From an uncultured delta proteobacterium (lineage in GTDB: Bacteria > Myxococcota > Myxococcia > Myxococcales > Anaeromyxobacteraceae): a stretch of 64,000 bases of DNA. Positions 43,477 to 55,389 of this stretch are shown here, piece by piece. Below the pieces are notes generated by a model. It was not told the DNA's origin and did not search any database. It saw nothing but the letters and a program-made list of their open reading frames with translations. How positions within the stretch are numbered: position 1 is the first letter of the stretch; each line of letters starts with the position of its first letter. Both the position numbers and the translations under genes were made by a program. The DNA lies in assembly GCA_963845515.1 (NCBI GenBank), contig CAWJSR010000029.1, positions 288,001 to 352,000 on the forward strand, in the 5' to 3' direction.

Positions 43477-44752
43477 TCACGGCGCGGTGAAGCTCGCCGG
43501 CGTGTAGCTGTTCTCGGATGCGCAGACACGGGTCGGAGGAGCGTCGGCCGTCACGTCCACGTCGACCGCCGCGACGTAGACGTCATAGGTGACGCCCGAC
43601 GTGAAGGTCCCATCGAGGAAGTCTGCGGACGTGCCGGTCACCCACTGACCAGCTACGAAGGAGCTGCCGAGCCAGACCGCGGCGAAGTAGCTCTGCGCGC
43701 CGACCACCGGGCTCCAGGTCACGCGCGCAGCGCCCCTTTGCTGACCGGTGGCGGAGACGCCGCCCGGGATGGGCAGCGGCTCTGGCGGCGCGACGGCAAA
43801 GCGCGTCGTGACTGACTCGAGCCCCTTGCTGGCGACCAGAGTGTAGAGCCCGGAATCGGGCGGGACCCCGTAGGCCCACACCAATCGCCGGGTGAAGTTG
43901 GCTTGCAGCTCGAAGCGCAGGGGATCGGACGCCGGCAGGTTGGGGCCGGTCACCTCGATCGACCACGCGCCACCATCCGGGGAGCCGTCCGGCGCGGCGA
44001 GGCCGACCCAGATGGCCAGCCCAGGAACCAGGCCATAGTCGATGCGCCCCCCAGCGGCGCGCAGGACGAGGGGTGCGCCCGTCGCTCGCCGCAACAGCCC
44101 GAGCCGCACGTGGGAGACGTCGAAGCTCGTGGGCATGAGCGGGGCGACGCCCGCGTCCAGCGCCTCCGGATCGGCCCCGAGCGCCTCGATCGACGCCAGG
44201 TAGGATCCCTCCGGAAGCGCGGCGACCTCGCACCCGGCGAGCGTCGAGACCTGCTGCAGGTGGATCGTCCGCGCCGGAGGTCAGGACACAGGAATACGCC
44301 GCCGCCCGCGTGACGTCGGCCCACTCGATACGGCTGCCGTCGAGGGAGAGCGCGGCTGACGGCGTCGGGAGCGGCGCGCCATAACCGAGCGCCACCGCCT
44401 GCGACGTCGATTGCCCATCGCCGCTGCCGATGATCTCGTAGGTCGCGCCGGCTGCCGGCGCGACCTCGGGAAACCACGCGAGGGAGTAAGCCGACCCCGC
44501 TGCGTAGAGCGCTGGGCCGCCGAGCGCGGCTCCTTCCCGCGCGAGCCCGAGCTGCCAGGCGGTGCCTGGCCCGGCGCCAGCGTCGTCTCGGATCGTGGTG
44601 AGGACGGCGAGCCCGAGCCGGCCCGAGCCGTCCTCGTAGGTGCCGATGGACGCGGACGCCGCGTAGGGAATCGCGGGGTCGCTCTTCCGGTCGCTCCCAC
44701 CGCAGGCCGTGGACAGGAGTGCGAGAATGAGCCCCCGATGTGCTGCGCGCAT
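43477..44752 (-). CDS. Lipoprotein with FN3-like beta domains (frameshift near 44275)
   Basis: Lipobox STAC, GGAGG RBS; W..V..A..Y FN3-like motifs twice; stop lies 17 bp before toxin ATG. Confidence 0.7.
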
Positions 44753-44800
44753 GCTGCCCCCTCCGCACGTTGCTTCCCGGGGGCGCGGTGTTGCGCTCGC

Positions 44801-44881
44801 CGGCTTTCGGTCGGCCCTGGGACCACGTGGGTCCGGGCCTTTGCCTGCTCGCCTTTCGACGAGGTCGCTCTTGTCGTGCCG
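44801..44881 (-). promoter_or_regulatory. GEMM-I (c-di-GMP-I family) riboswitch-like element, A20 (cGAMP-type) variant
   Basis: CGGC-ACG-ACAAGA-GC-GAC-CUCGUC-GAAA-GGCGAG-CAG-GC-AAAG-GCCC-GGACC-CACGU-GGUCC-CA-GGGC-CGA-CCGAAA-GCCG; ends 48 nt before ATG 44752. Confidence 0.6.
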
Positions 44882-45000
44882 TTTGGGGCCTACACTCACC
44901 GCGAACTTCGCCCACTGTCAAGCGCTGACTTGACCCCGCGTGACAAGCACGCGAAGTCCGAGGACTTTCCGTGTCACGCGCTTTCAGTGAACTGGAGCCC

Positions 45001-45810
45001 CTACCCCGCCCCGTGCGAGATCACTCCCTCGCCCAGGAGCGAGGCGAGGATCCGGGCGGTGTCGAGCCGGGGCAGGCCGGAGAGGGCGAAGAGGTCCTCG
45101 TAGTCCACCACCCCGTCGATCTGCGCGAGCAGGAAGCCGGCGCGGTGGTCCAGGTTCAGCCACATGACCTCCTCCGGCTTGATCGCGAGCCGGGGGACGT
45201 TGCTGAGCGGCTGGAGCTTCGACGCGTACATCGCGAAGAGGGTCGACTCGTTCTCCCGCAGGAACTCGCGCGCCTCCACGTGGTCGGGGGCGGTGAGCAG
45301 GATCTTCTCGATCAGCTCCAGCGAGCCGCTGAAGTCGCCGAGCCCGTGCAGCTCCCTGGCGGCCTGCATCAGCGTGGCGACCTCGCGCTGCCTTCCCTCC
45401 GGCACCTCCCGGGGCGGCGCCTGCGGGACGAGCGTCCGCAGCCCCGACTTCTCTTCCACTGCGTCCATGTCGAGCCCGCCACCGGAGTCGACGACGATGG
45501 TCGCCACCGCCGACGGACCGTCCTCCCACGGCGCCGGCGCGTACTGGTCCTCCTCCCTCTTCACAGGGGCGGAGGCGGGCGGCTTCGGCGCCGCAGGGGC
45601 CGCCGGTGGCGCCTTCGCGGAGAAGGCCGGCATCGTGCCGGGGACCGGGGTCATCCCGGCGGTGCCGCCCGTCAGGAGCGCCATGAACGAGCGGATGCGC
45701 GGGTTGGCGGGGTCGATCTTGCGCGCCTCGCGCAGGATGACGAGCGCGTCGGCGAGCCTCCCCTCGCGGTACGCCGCCATCGCGCGGTTGAGGATGTCGT
45801 CGACGACCAC
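45001..45810 (-). CDS. Conserved myxobacterial TPR-like hypothetical protein
   Basis: TPR-like helices and LDHRAGFLLAQIDG...L..LSGL.RL C-terminal motif; co-directional with Hsp70. Confidence 0.7.
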   Translation of the reverse strand: MVVDDILNRAMAAYREGRLADALVILREARKIDPANPRIRSFMALLTGGTAGMTPVPGTMPAFSAKAPPAAPAAPKPPASAPVKREEDQYAPAPWEDGPSAVATIVVDSGGGLDMDAVEEKSGLRTLVPQAPPREVPEGRQREVATLMQAARELHGLGDFSGSLELIEKILLTAPDHVEAREFLRENESTLFAMYASKLQPLSNVPRLAIKPEEVMWLNLDHRAGFLLAQIDGVVDYEDLFALSGLPRLDTARILASLLGEGVISHGAG

Positions 45811-45813
45811 GCC

Positions 45814-47678
<1,865 letters not shown>

Positions 47679-47682
<4 letters not shown>

Positions 47683-48662
47683 CGCAGGAAGCCCATTATC
47701 CCCTTGAGCTTCTTGAGCCGCGCGCGGGCCGTCTCGAGGGCGGGGTCGAGCTCCAGCGCCCGCTCCAGCGACCTGCGCGCCTCGTCCTTGCGCCCCTCCG
47801 CCTCGAGCGCGACGCCGAGCGCCTCGTGGGCCCCGCCTGAGCGAGGCGAGCTCCTCACGGCGGCCTCGGCGAACTGGCGCGCGGCCTCTACGGCGGAGAC
47901 GTCCATGGCGATCCTCGACGCCCGCAGGAGGGTCTTCTGGTTCTGGGGCTCGGCCTCGACGGCGGCCCGGAGCGCCTCCACCGCGCTGTCGCGGTGGCCC
48001 GAGAGTGATGCCTTGACCGCCCTCTCGATCGCCTCGTTCGCGCGGCCGGCGTTCGCCTTGGCGCGCGCCTCGTTGGCCAGCTGCTTCGCCTCGACGTGGT
48101 TCGCGTCCATCCCCAGGACGGTGAAGAAGTCGTTGGCCGCCGCCGAGAAGCGCCCCTCCGCGACGGCCGCCTTGCCGCGCTGGAGCAGCTCGGCCACCCG
48201 CTGTGCCCGCTGCAGGCTCTGGCCCACGAGCGGGTTCGACCGGGCCAGCCGCGCGCGCCGCTCGTCAGCGCGCTTCTCGTCCTCGACGCGGCGGAGCTGC
48301 GCCTTCGCCTTCTCCTCCGGAGGCGCGGACTCTGCCTGGTAGGCGGCTCGGCGGACCTCGTCGCACAGGACGTCCTTCGCGATGGTGAGCTTCCTGAAGA
48401 TCCGCTCGAGCCGCCCGCGGTAGGTGCCGAGCCTCTTCCCGGCGTAACGGTCCGGGTGGAAGATCTTCACCCTGGCGACGTAGGCAGCCCTCGCCTCCTC
48501 CGCGGTCGCGCCCCACTTCAGGCCGAGCACGGCGTAGTGGCTGCCGTTCGCCGCCAGCGACTCTGCGAAGAGGATCTCCTTGCGCAGGCGGACGTCGAGG
48601 TCGACGTCCTCGCCGAGGTCCGCCGGATTGAACACGAATCCCTTGAATAGATCGTCCGACAA
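47679..48662 (-). CDS. J-domain and TPR protein
   Basis: HYAVLGL...FHPD J-domain followed by TPR repeats; ATGA overlap with Hsp70. Confidence 0.85.
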
Positions 48663-48739
48663 GCAGCCTTCCCCCGGTCCCCGTCGAGATTAGTAGGGGG
48701 CATGGGAGGGGGTCAACGGCTTCGGGTCCAGCCGCCGCC

Positions 48740-49670
48740 TTATCGGCCCGCCAGGAGCAGCTCCAGCAGCGCCTTCTGGCCGTGCAGCCTGTTCTCCGCC
48801 TCGTCCCAGGCGGCCGACTGGGGCCCCTCCAGCACCGACTCGGAGATCTCCTCGCCCCTGTGCGCCGGGAGGCAGTGGAGGACGATCGCCTCGGGCCGCG
48901 CCAGCTTCAGCAGGGCGTCGTCGACGATGAAGCCCGTGAACTTCTGCTTACGGACCTCCGCCTCGCCCTCCTGCCCCATCGACGCCCACACGTCGGTGTT
49001 CAGGACATGGGCTCCCCTGGCCGCCTCCCCTGGATCGCGCACGATCCGGGCCCGGCCGCGGCACGCCGCGAGGAGCGCCGCGTCCGGATCGTACCCCTCG
49101 GGGCAGGCGAGCCTGAGCCCGAAGCCGAGGATGGCGCAGGCCTCGAGCCACGAGTTGGCCATGTTGTTGCCGTCGCCGATCCAGGCGATCTCCAGCCCCC
49201 GCTTCACGAGCGCGTCGACGCCGAACCGCTCGCGAACGGTCAGACAGATCCGCGAGCAGCTGGCAGGGGTGGCTCGAGTCGGTGAGCGCGTTGATCACCG
49301 GGACGTCGGCGTAGCGCGCGATCTCCTCGATCTTGGAGTGCTCGAAGGTCCGGACCACCAGGCAGTCGACGTAGCGCGCCAGCACCCGCGCGGTGTCCTT
49401 GATCGGCTCGCCGCGCCCGAGCTGCATGTCGCGCGGCGACAGCATGAGCGACCCCGCCCCGAGGTGCTGCGCGGCCACCTCGAAGGAGACGCGGGTGCGC
49501 GTGGAGGCCTTCTCGAAGATGAGCGCCACCACCTTCCGCTCCAGCGGGCGTGGCCCGCCGCTGCCCAGGAGCTTCCACTCCGCTGCGCGCTCCAGCAGCT
49601 CCAGCAGCTCGTCGCGGTCGAGATCGGTGAGGCGGAGGAAGTCGCGCTGCGGCGGCACGGTTCGGGCCAT
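48740..49670 (-). CDS. argF: Ornithine carbamoyltransferase (single frameshift near 49240)
   Basis: FEKASTRTR, HPCQLLAD in 5' frame; GDGNN, DVWASMG, HCLPAHRGEE in 3' frame. Confidence 0.92.
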
Positions 49671-49686
49671 GACGTTCGCTCGTGGT

Positions 49687-50892
49687 TCAGTGGTGGGCAG
49701 GCGCCGCCGCCAGGGCTGCGCCCAGCCGCTCGACGGCCAGGTCGGCGTCGGCGGAGGTGAGGTTCAGAGGCGGGGCGAGCCTGAGCACGCCGTCGCCGAT
49801 GGCGTTCACGAGGAGCCCGCGGTCGCGCGCCCCCGTCATCACCTCGGCGGCGTTCACGCCCTCCAGGAGGACGGCGAGCAGCATTCCCCGGCCGCGGACC
49901 CCGGTCACCCGCCCGCCGGCCCTCAGCCGGTCGAGCCCGGCGACGAGCCCGGCCGAGGTCTCCAGTGAGCGCGCGATGACGCCCCCCGTCATTTCGCTGA
50001 GCACGGCCAACCCCACGGCGCAGGCCAGGGGGTTGCCGCCGAACGTGCAGCCGTGGCTGCCGGGCGTGAGATGCGTGCCGACCTCCTCGGTGGCCAGCAT
50101 CGCCCCGATCGGGAAGCCGCTGCCGAGCCCCTTGGCGACCGACATGAGGTCCGGTGCGATGCCGTCCCACTCGTGGGCCCACATCTTGCCGGTCCGACCC
50201 ACGCCCGTCTGGACCTCGTCGACGCAGAGCAGGACGCCCTTCTTCCGCGTCAACTCCCGGACCGCACGCAGATAGCCCTCGGGCGGCGTCACGACTCCCG
50301 ACTCGCCGAGGATCGGCTCCACGATGAACGCCGCGGTCCGCTCGGTGAGCGCGGCCTCGAGCGCGGCGACGTCGCCGAAGGGGATGTGGCGGATGCCAGG
50401 CACCAGCGGCTCGAAGCCGTGCTGGTATTTCGGCTGGCCGCCGACCGACACGGCGAAGAGCGTCCGTCCATGGAAGGAGTCGACGCAGGCGACGATCTCG
50501 TGCCGCTCGGGCCTCCCCTGGTCCGAGAAGTACTTGCGGGCCGTCTTGAGCATCACCTCGTTCGCCTCGGCACCGCTGTTGCAGAAGAAGGCGCGCGAGG
50601 CCCAGGGCGTGACGGCGAGGAGCGCCTCGGCCAACTCCACCTGCCGTTCGATGAAGTAGTGGTTCGAGGTGTGCCAGATCGCGTGGGCCTGCAGCTCGAG
50701 CGCACGCACCATCGCGGGGTGGCAGTGGCCGAGCGCGCTCACCGCCGCGCCCCCGAAGAAGTCGAGGTACTCCTTGCCGTCCGCGTCCCATACGCGCACG
50801 CCCTCGCCGCGCACGAACGTGACGGGCTGCTGCTTGTAGTTGGGCGTCAGGACCTTCTGGGCCCGCTGGGCGATCGCTTCGTTGCCGCTCAT
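49687..50892 (-). CDS. argD: Acetylornithine aminotransferase
   Basis: LGHCHP, NSGAEANE, SFHGRT, DEVQTGVGRTG, AKGLG class-III aminotransferase motifs; adjacent to argF. Confidence 0.92.
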   Translation of the reverse strand: MSGNEAIAQRAQKVLTPNYKQQPVTFVRGEGVRVWDADGKEYLDFFGGAAVSALGHCHPAMVRALELQAHAIWHTSNHYFIERQVELAEALLAVTPWASRAFFCNSGAEANEVMLKTARKYFSDQGRPERHEIVACVDSFHGRTLFAVSVGGQPKYQHGFEPLVPGIRHIPFGDVAALEAALTERTAAFIVEPILGESGVVTPPEGYLRAVRELTRKKGVLLCVDEVQTGVGRTGKMWAHEWDGIAPDLMSVAKGLGSGFPIGAMLATEEVGTHLTPGSHGCTFGGNPLACAVGLAVLSEMTGGVIARSLETSAGLVAGLDRLRAGGRVTGVRGRGMLLAVLLEGVNAAEVMTGARDRGLLVNAIGDGVLRLAPPLNLTSADADLAVERLGAALAAAPAHH

Positions 50893-50977
50893 CGGTCGCT
50901 CATAGCAGCGGCGAAGCCGCGGTGTAAAGATCCTTGCCCTGCGCCAGGTGGCGCGAAGGCCGCCGCGCCGCGGCCGG

Positions 50978-51916
50978 TCACGGCCTCGTCCCCCCGCGCT
51001 TCGCCCGCGGGTGCGCGTCGTCGTAGACCGCCGCGAGCCGCTTCCAGTCCACGTGCGTGTAGCGCTGCGTCGTGGAGAGCGAGGCGTGCCCGAGCAGCTC
51101 CTGGATCCCGCGCAGGTCGGCGCCGTTCGACAACAGATGCGTGGCGAAGCTGTGGCGCAGCACGTGCGGGTGGACGTGGCGCGGCAGCCCGGCCTCGAGC
51201 ACCCAGCGATCGATCCTGCGCGCGATCGAGCGGGTCGTGATCCGCCCGCCGCGGTGGTTCAGGAAGAGCGCGCGCTCCGCCCCTGCGTGCGCTGGCCCCG
51301 CGGCGAGCACCGGGCGCCCCTCCTCCAGCCACGCGCCCAGGGCGGCGGCGGCCGGGCGGCCGAAGGGGACGATCCGCTCCTTGCGGCGCTTGCCGAGGAC
51401 GCGCGCCAGGCGCTGGTCGAGATCGACGTCCGCCACGTCCAGCCCCACCAGCTCGGCGACGCGCAGCCCGCTCCCGTAGAGCAGCTCCAGGAAGGCGTGG
51501 TCACGGAGCGCGAGCGGAGCCCCGAACGCGGCGGGGGCCTCCATGAGCGCCGCGGCGTCCTCCTCCGGGAGGACGACCGGCAGCCGCTTCGGCTGCTTCG
51601 GACTGACCACGGCGCGGGCGGGGTTCTGCTCGGCGAGCCCCTCGCGGACGAGGAAGCGGTAGAGCGAGCGGAGCGAGGAGAGCTTCCGCGCGATGCTGGT
51701 GGCGCCGGCGTCGGCCGACGCCCGCGCGAGGAAGGCCCGGATGGCGACCGGCGAGCCGGGCAGCAGGGCGTGGCCCGTCTCGGACAGCCACGCAGCGTAC
51801 TGTCCGAGATCACCGAGGTAGCCCTTGACCGTGTGCGGAGAAGCGCGCTGCTCGACCTCCAGGTAGCGCGCGAAGCGCTGGATCTCCTGCGGAAGGCTCG
51901 TGAGCTCCAGGGGCAC
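50978..51916 (-). CDS. xerC: Tyrosine recombinase XerC
   Basis: LLYGSGLRVAEL, GKRRKER.VP, HPHVLRHSFATHLL, QELLGH.SLSTTQRY. Confidence 0.9.
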   Translation of the reverse strand: MPLELTSLPQEIQRFARYLEVEQRASPHTVKGYLGDLGQYAAWLSETGHALLPGSPVAIRAFLARASADAGATSIARKLSSLRSLYRFLVREGLAEQNPARAVVSPKQPKRLPVVLPEEDAAALMEAPAAFGAPLALRDHAFLELLYGSGLRVAELVGLDVADVDLDQRLARVLGKRRKERIVPFGRPAAAALGAWLEEGRPVLAAGPAHAGAERALFLNHRGGRITTRSIARRIDRWVLEAGLPRHVHPHVLRHSFATHLLSNGADLRGIQELLGHASLSTTQRYTHVDWKRLAAVYDDAHPRAKRGGTRP

Positions 51917-51981
51917 GTGTCGACGTTAACCCCGGTCGCCGCGCGCGGCGAGTTCCAGGTTCCCGGTCGCGGCCACCGGAC

Positions 51982-53556
51982 TCACGGCTCTGCGACGTAG
52001 ACGCCGGCCCGCTTCGGCGCGATGACCGCGTAGCCGACGCGCCTGGAGTCCGGTCCGAGGAAGCGCGCGCTCCCGGGCAGCACCCGCTGGTCGACGCGGA
52101 GCAGCTTCCCGCCCTGCCAGACTGCGATGTCGAGCGCCTGGCTGTCCGTTCGCTGCCAGCCCACCAGGAGACGCGAGGGGTCCCGCGGGTCGAACTCGAA
52201 GCTCTTCATCCCCTGCGCGATCAGCTCCGGCTTCGCGTCCTTCTGGAGCCCCGCCGCCGGCACACGCTCGAGCTCGCACCCCTCCCCGTTCCGCGTGCAG
52301 CGGGTCCTGTAGTAGAGCCACTTCGAGTCTGGGGAGAAGGCGAAGCCGAAGACCCCCTGCGCGACGGTCGCCGGCGCCGTTCCCGCCGGCGCTCCGAGCG
52401 CGGCGAGGCCGAGGTCGACCGAGTAGCCGCCACGGGTGGTGTGCTGCAGGAACGCCACGAAGTTGCCGTCGGGGGAGAGGTCGAAGTCGGTGATGTTCTT
52501 CCCGAAGGTCAGGCGCGCCGTCCCCGGTCCGCCCACCCCGAGCACTCCGGAGCGGACGCGCGGATCGTACGCCTCCAGCCACGCGACGCGCGGCGCCTTC
52601 GCCGCCCAGCGAAAGTCGCCGACCTCCTTCGCGCCTCGCGCGGCGAGCTTCCCGGGCTCCGCGAGGTAGAGGCTCCCCTGCTTCCCGGGCGAGACGTCGC
52701 CGAGGTACGCGAGCGTGTGGCCGTCCGGGGCGAAGGCGAAGCTGACGACGCCGGAGCCGAGCCGCACGTCCAGGAGCCCCTTCTCGAGGGCGAAGAAGTG
52801 CAGCTCGGCCCCCCCCTTGCCCTCGGCCGTGTACGCGAGCCTGCCCCCGGAGCCCGAGAACCCGTAGTCGGCGACGCGCTCCGTCACGGCGGTCTCTGCC
52901 GGCGTCAGCGCGCAGTCGACGACGAGCAGCTGCCCGCCCGCCTCCCTGGAGCGGCGCGCCGCGAGGCGAAGGGCGGAGCCGTCCCGCCCGGCCCCCGGAC
53001 AGGCCGCCGGCCCGAAGTCGAAGCTGGCCACCCCGACGGCGCCCTCCACCTCGCGGGGCGCCTCCTCGCCCGGCAGGAGGACCGAGAGCTTCCCCGCCGA
53101 CACGAAGCCCAGCTCCCCCGCGGGGCCGAAGCCGTGGAAGGTGACGTCGCGCGCCAGCTCGCGTGCGGCTCCATCGCGCCAGAGCACCAGCGTGCCGGTC
53201 CCCGCCGCGTAGTCGTAGTCGGCGAGCGCGGCGAGGGTCGCCCCGGAGCGAGACCACGAGAGCCCCTGTGGCAGCGTCGTCACCGCCCCCGCGATGCGGG
53301 ACGCGCTTCCTCCCGCCGCGGGCGCGACCCTCAGGTCGCAGTTGGCGGTGCCGGGCGGCAGGAACTGGCCGCGGGCGACGCGGCAGCCGTCGAGCCACGC
53401 CAGCCGCGCGCCGTCCGCCGACGGCAGCATCGCCCGCACCTCCCCGGCCGCGACCTGCCGGCCGATCCCCTCCGCCTTTGCGGGTGGCTCCGTGCCGCTG
53501 GTGCAGGCGGCGAGGAGGGCGAGGACGATCGCAGTGCGGAGAGATCGCCCCCTCAC
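51982..53556 (-). CDS. TolB/WD40-like beta-propeller lipoprotein (AglU-like)
   Basis: Lipobox LAAC; repeated F.FSPDG blades; lies between trmFO and xerC; start uncertain (53556 or 53616). Confidence 0.72.
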   Translation of the reverse strand: MRGRSLRTAIVLALLAACTSGTEPPAKAEGIGRQVAAGEVRAMLPSADGARLAWLDGCRVARGQFLPPGTANCDLRVAPAAGGSASRIAGAVTTLPQGLSWSRSGATLAALADYDYAAGTGTLVLWRDGAARELARDVTFHGFGPAGELGFVSAGKLSVLLPGEEAPREVEGAVGVASFDFGPAACPGAGRDGSALRLAARRSREAGGQLLVVDCALTPAETAVTERVADYGFSGSGGRLAYTAEGKGGAELHFFALEKGLLDVRLGSGVVSFAFAPDGHTLAYLGDVSPGKQGSLYLAEPGKLAARGAKEVGDFRWAAKAPRVAWLEAYDPRVRSGVLGVGGPGTARLTFGKNITDFDLSPDGNFVAFLQHTTRGGYSVDLGLAALGAPAGTAPATVAQGVFGFAFSPDSKWLYYRTRCTRNGEGCELERVPAAGLQKDAKPELIAQGMKSFEFDPRDPSRLLVGWQRTDSQALDIAVWQGGKLLRVDQRVLPGSARFLGPDSRRVGYAVIAPKRAGVYVAEP

Positions 53557-53585
53557 CCTGCCCTCTCCCCCGGTGGGGGAGAGGG
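53550..53585. repeat. REP-like hairpin element
   Basis: CCCTCACCCTG-CCCTCTCCCCC-GGT-GGGGGAGAGGG, 11-bp stem of the widespread CCCTCACCC...CCCTCTCCC class. Confidence 0.75.
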
Positions 53586-53597
53586 GAAGCTGTGGGT

Positions 53598-54914
53598 TCA
53601 CGCAGGATCGATCCACGGCAGGATCTCCTTTCGGGCGCGCTCGGCGTGGGCCTCCTTGCGCGCCGCCTTGCCCCGATGACGCCCGTCGAGCGGCGGGAAG
53701 AGTGCGTAGACTACGTTGGTGGGCTGGTAGTCGTAGCCGGGCGGATGGGCCTCACCGGTCAGGTGGCGGTGGAGCGCGCCGATGGCCGTCGCGGCGGGCG
53801 GGGGCCGGAACGCCCGCCCCGCCAGCCGGTCGAGGATGGCGCGGGCCGCCAGCAGGCCGCACGCCGCCGACTCGACGTACCCCTCCACGCCCGTGAGCTG
53901 GCCTGCCAGGAAGAGGTGCGGCCGCTCCCGCAGCGAGAGATCGGGGGCGAGGACGCGGGGGGCGTCGACGAAGGTGTTCCGGTGAACCTGTCCCAGCCGC
54001 TGGAACTCGGCCCGCGCCAGCCCCGGGATCAGCTCGCTGAAGACGCGGCGCTGCTCCGGCCAGGTGAGCCTCGTCTGGAACCCGACGAGGTTCCAGGCGG
54101 TCCCCGCCGCGTCCTCGCGCCGCAGCTGGACCACGGCGAAGGGGCGCCTCCCTGTCCGCGGGTCCTCGAGCCCCATCGGCTTCATGGGGCCGTACGCCAG
54201 CGTCTCCGGGCCTCGCTCCGCCATCACCTCTATCGGGAGGCAGCCGTCGAAGTAGCGCGGCTCCTCGAACTCGTGCGGCTTCACCTTCTCGCCCGAGAGC
54301 AGCGCCGCCACGAAGGCCCGGTACTGCGCCTCGTCGAAGGGAAGGTTGAGGTAGTCGTCACCCTCGCCCTTCCCGTAGCGCGACCGCGCGTAGGCGATCG
54401 ACATGTCGATCGAGTCGCCGGAGACGATGGGGGCGATCGCGTCGTAGAAGTGCAGCCCCGCGCCGGCCACCTGCCCGAGCGCCTCGGCGAGCGGCGCTGA
54501 CGTCAGCGGCCCCGTCGCCAGCAGCGCGAGCCCGGGCCCCTCCGGCAGCGCCGTCAGCTCCCGCCGGGTGACCCGCACGAGGGAGGAGCCCTCCAGCCTG
54601 GCGGTGACCTCGCGCGAGAAGCGCGCCCGGTCCACCGCGAGCGCGTCGCCCGCTGCGACCCGCGTCGCGTCGGCGGCGCCGAGGACGAGGCTGCCGAGCC
54701 GGCGCAGCTCCTCGTGCAGCAGCCCGACGGCGTTCGCCGGGTTGTCGGAGCGGAGCGAGTTGGAGCAGACCAGCTCGGCGAGGTCGCCGCTCTCGTGGGC
54801 CGGGGAGCGCACGTCCGGCCTCATCTCCAGCAGGTCGACGCCCACTCCCGCGCGCGCGAGCTGCCATGCAGCTTCGCTGCCGGCCAGCCCGCCCCCGATG
54901 ACCGTCACCCTCAT
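53598..54914 (-). CDS. trmFO: Folate/FAD-dependent tRNA (uracil-54) methyltransferase
   Basis: [55 protein letters not shown]. Confidence 0.95.
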   Translation of the reverse strand: MRVTVIGGGLAGSEAAWQLARAGVGVDLLEMRPDVRSPAHESGDLAELVCSNSLRSDNPANAVGLLHEELRRLGSLVLGAADATRVAAGDALAVDRARFSREVTARLEGSSLVRVTRRELTALPEGPGLALLATGPLTSAPLAEALGQVAGAGLHFYDAIAPIVSGDSIDMSIAYARSRYGKGEGDDYLNLPFDEAQYRAFVAALLSGEKVKPHEFEEPRYFDGCLPIEVMAERGPETLAYGPMKPMGLEDPRTGRRPFAVVQLRREDAAGTAWNLVGFQTRLTWPEQRRVFSELIPGLARAEFQRLGQVHRNTFVDAPRVLAPDLSLRERPHLFLAGQLTGVEGYVESAACGLLAARAILDRLAGRAFRPPPAATAIGALHRHLTGEAHPPGYDYQPTNVVYALFPPLDGRHRGKAARKEAHAERARKEILPWIDPA

Positions 54915-55020
54915 CCCAGAACCCATTCGTGTCCCGTCTTGCCACTCCCCGCAGCTCAGCCGTGGGGTTAGGCTTACTCTACAGGCATGTAGTCCCGTCC
55001 GCCGACCGAAGGAGCCGACC

Positions 55021-55389
55021 GTGCGTGCTGAAGACCTCGCGGCGATGAGGAGCGAGCTGAACCGGCGGCGCGGTCTCGTGCTCGAGACCGCTCGCCGCAC
55101 CGACGCCGAGATGGAGGGGCTCCGTCAATCCAGCTCCAGCGCAGAGGTCGAGGAGGCGGCGCGCGTCAGGAGCGACGAGGACGCGCTCCTGAAGCTCGGC
55201 GAAGCGGAGCGGCTCGAGCTCGCGCGGATCCAGGCGGCCCTGGCGCGGATCGACGAGGGGAGCTACGGCGGCTGCGCGGACTGTGGAGAGGAGATCGAGG
55301 CGCGACGGCTCCAGGCCCTCCCTCACGCCCTCCGCTGCCAGGGCTGCGAGGAGAGCCGCGAGCGCACTACTCGCTCTTCATCACCATGA
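55021..55389 (+). CDS. TraR/DksA-family C4 zinc-finger regulator
   Basis: [20 protein letters not shown]...RL.ALP....CQGC; AGGAG RBS before GTG 55021. Confidence 0.85.
   Translation: MRAEDLAAMRSELNRRRGLVLETARRTDAEMEGLRQSSSSAEVEEAARVRSDEDALLKLGEAERLELARIQAALARIDEGSYGGCADCGEEIEARRLQALPHALRCQGCEESRERTTRSSSP

Noticed and set aside
48740..49670. Programmed frameshift or true pseudogene in argF
   Set aside because: No slippery sequence at the switch and all catalytic motifs are intact; a single-base sequencing indel is simpler
50978..51916. Phage or island integrase
   Set aside because: XerC-type motifs and housekeeping context (trmFO, topA, dprA) with host-like codon usage
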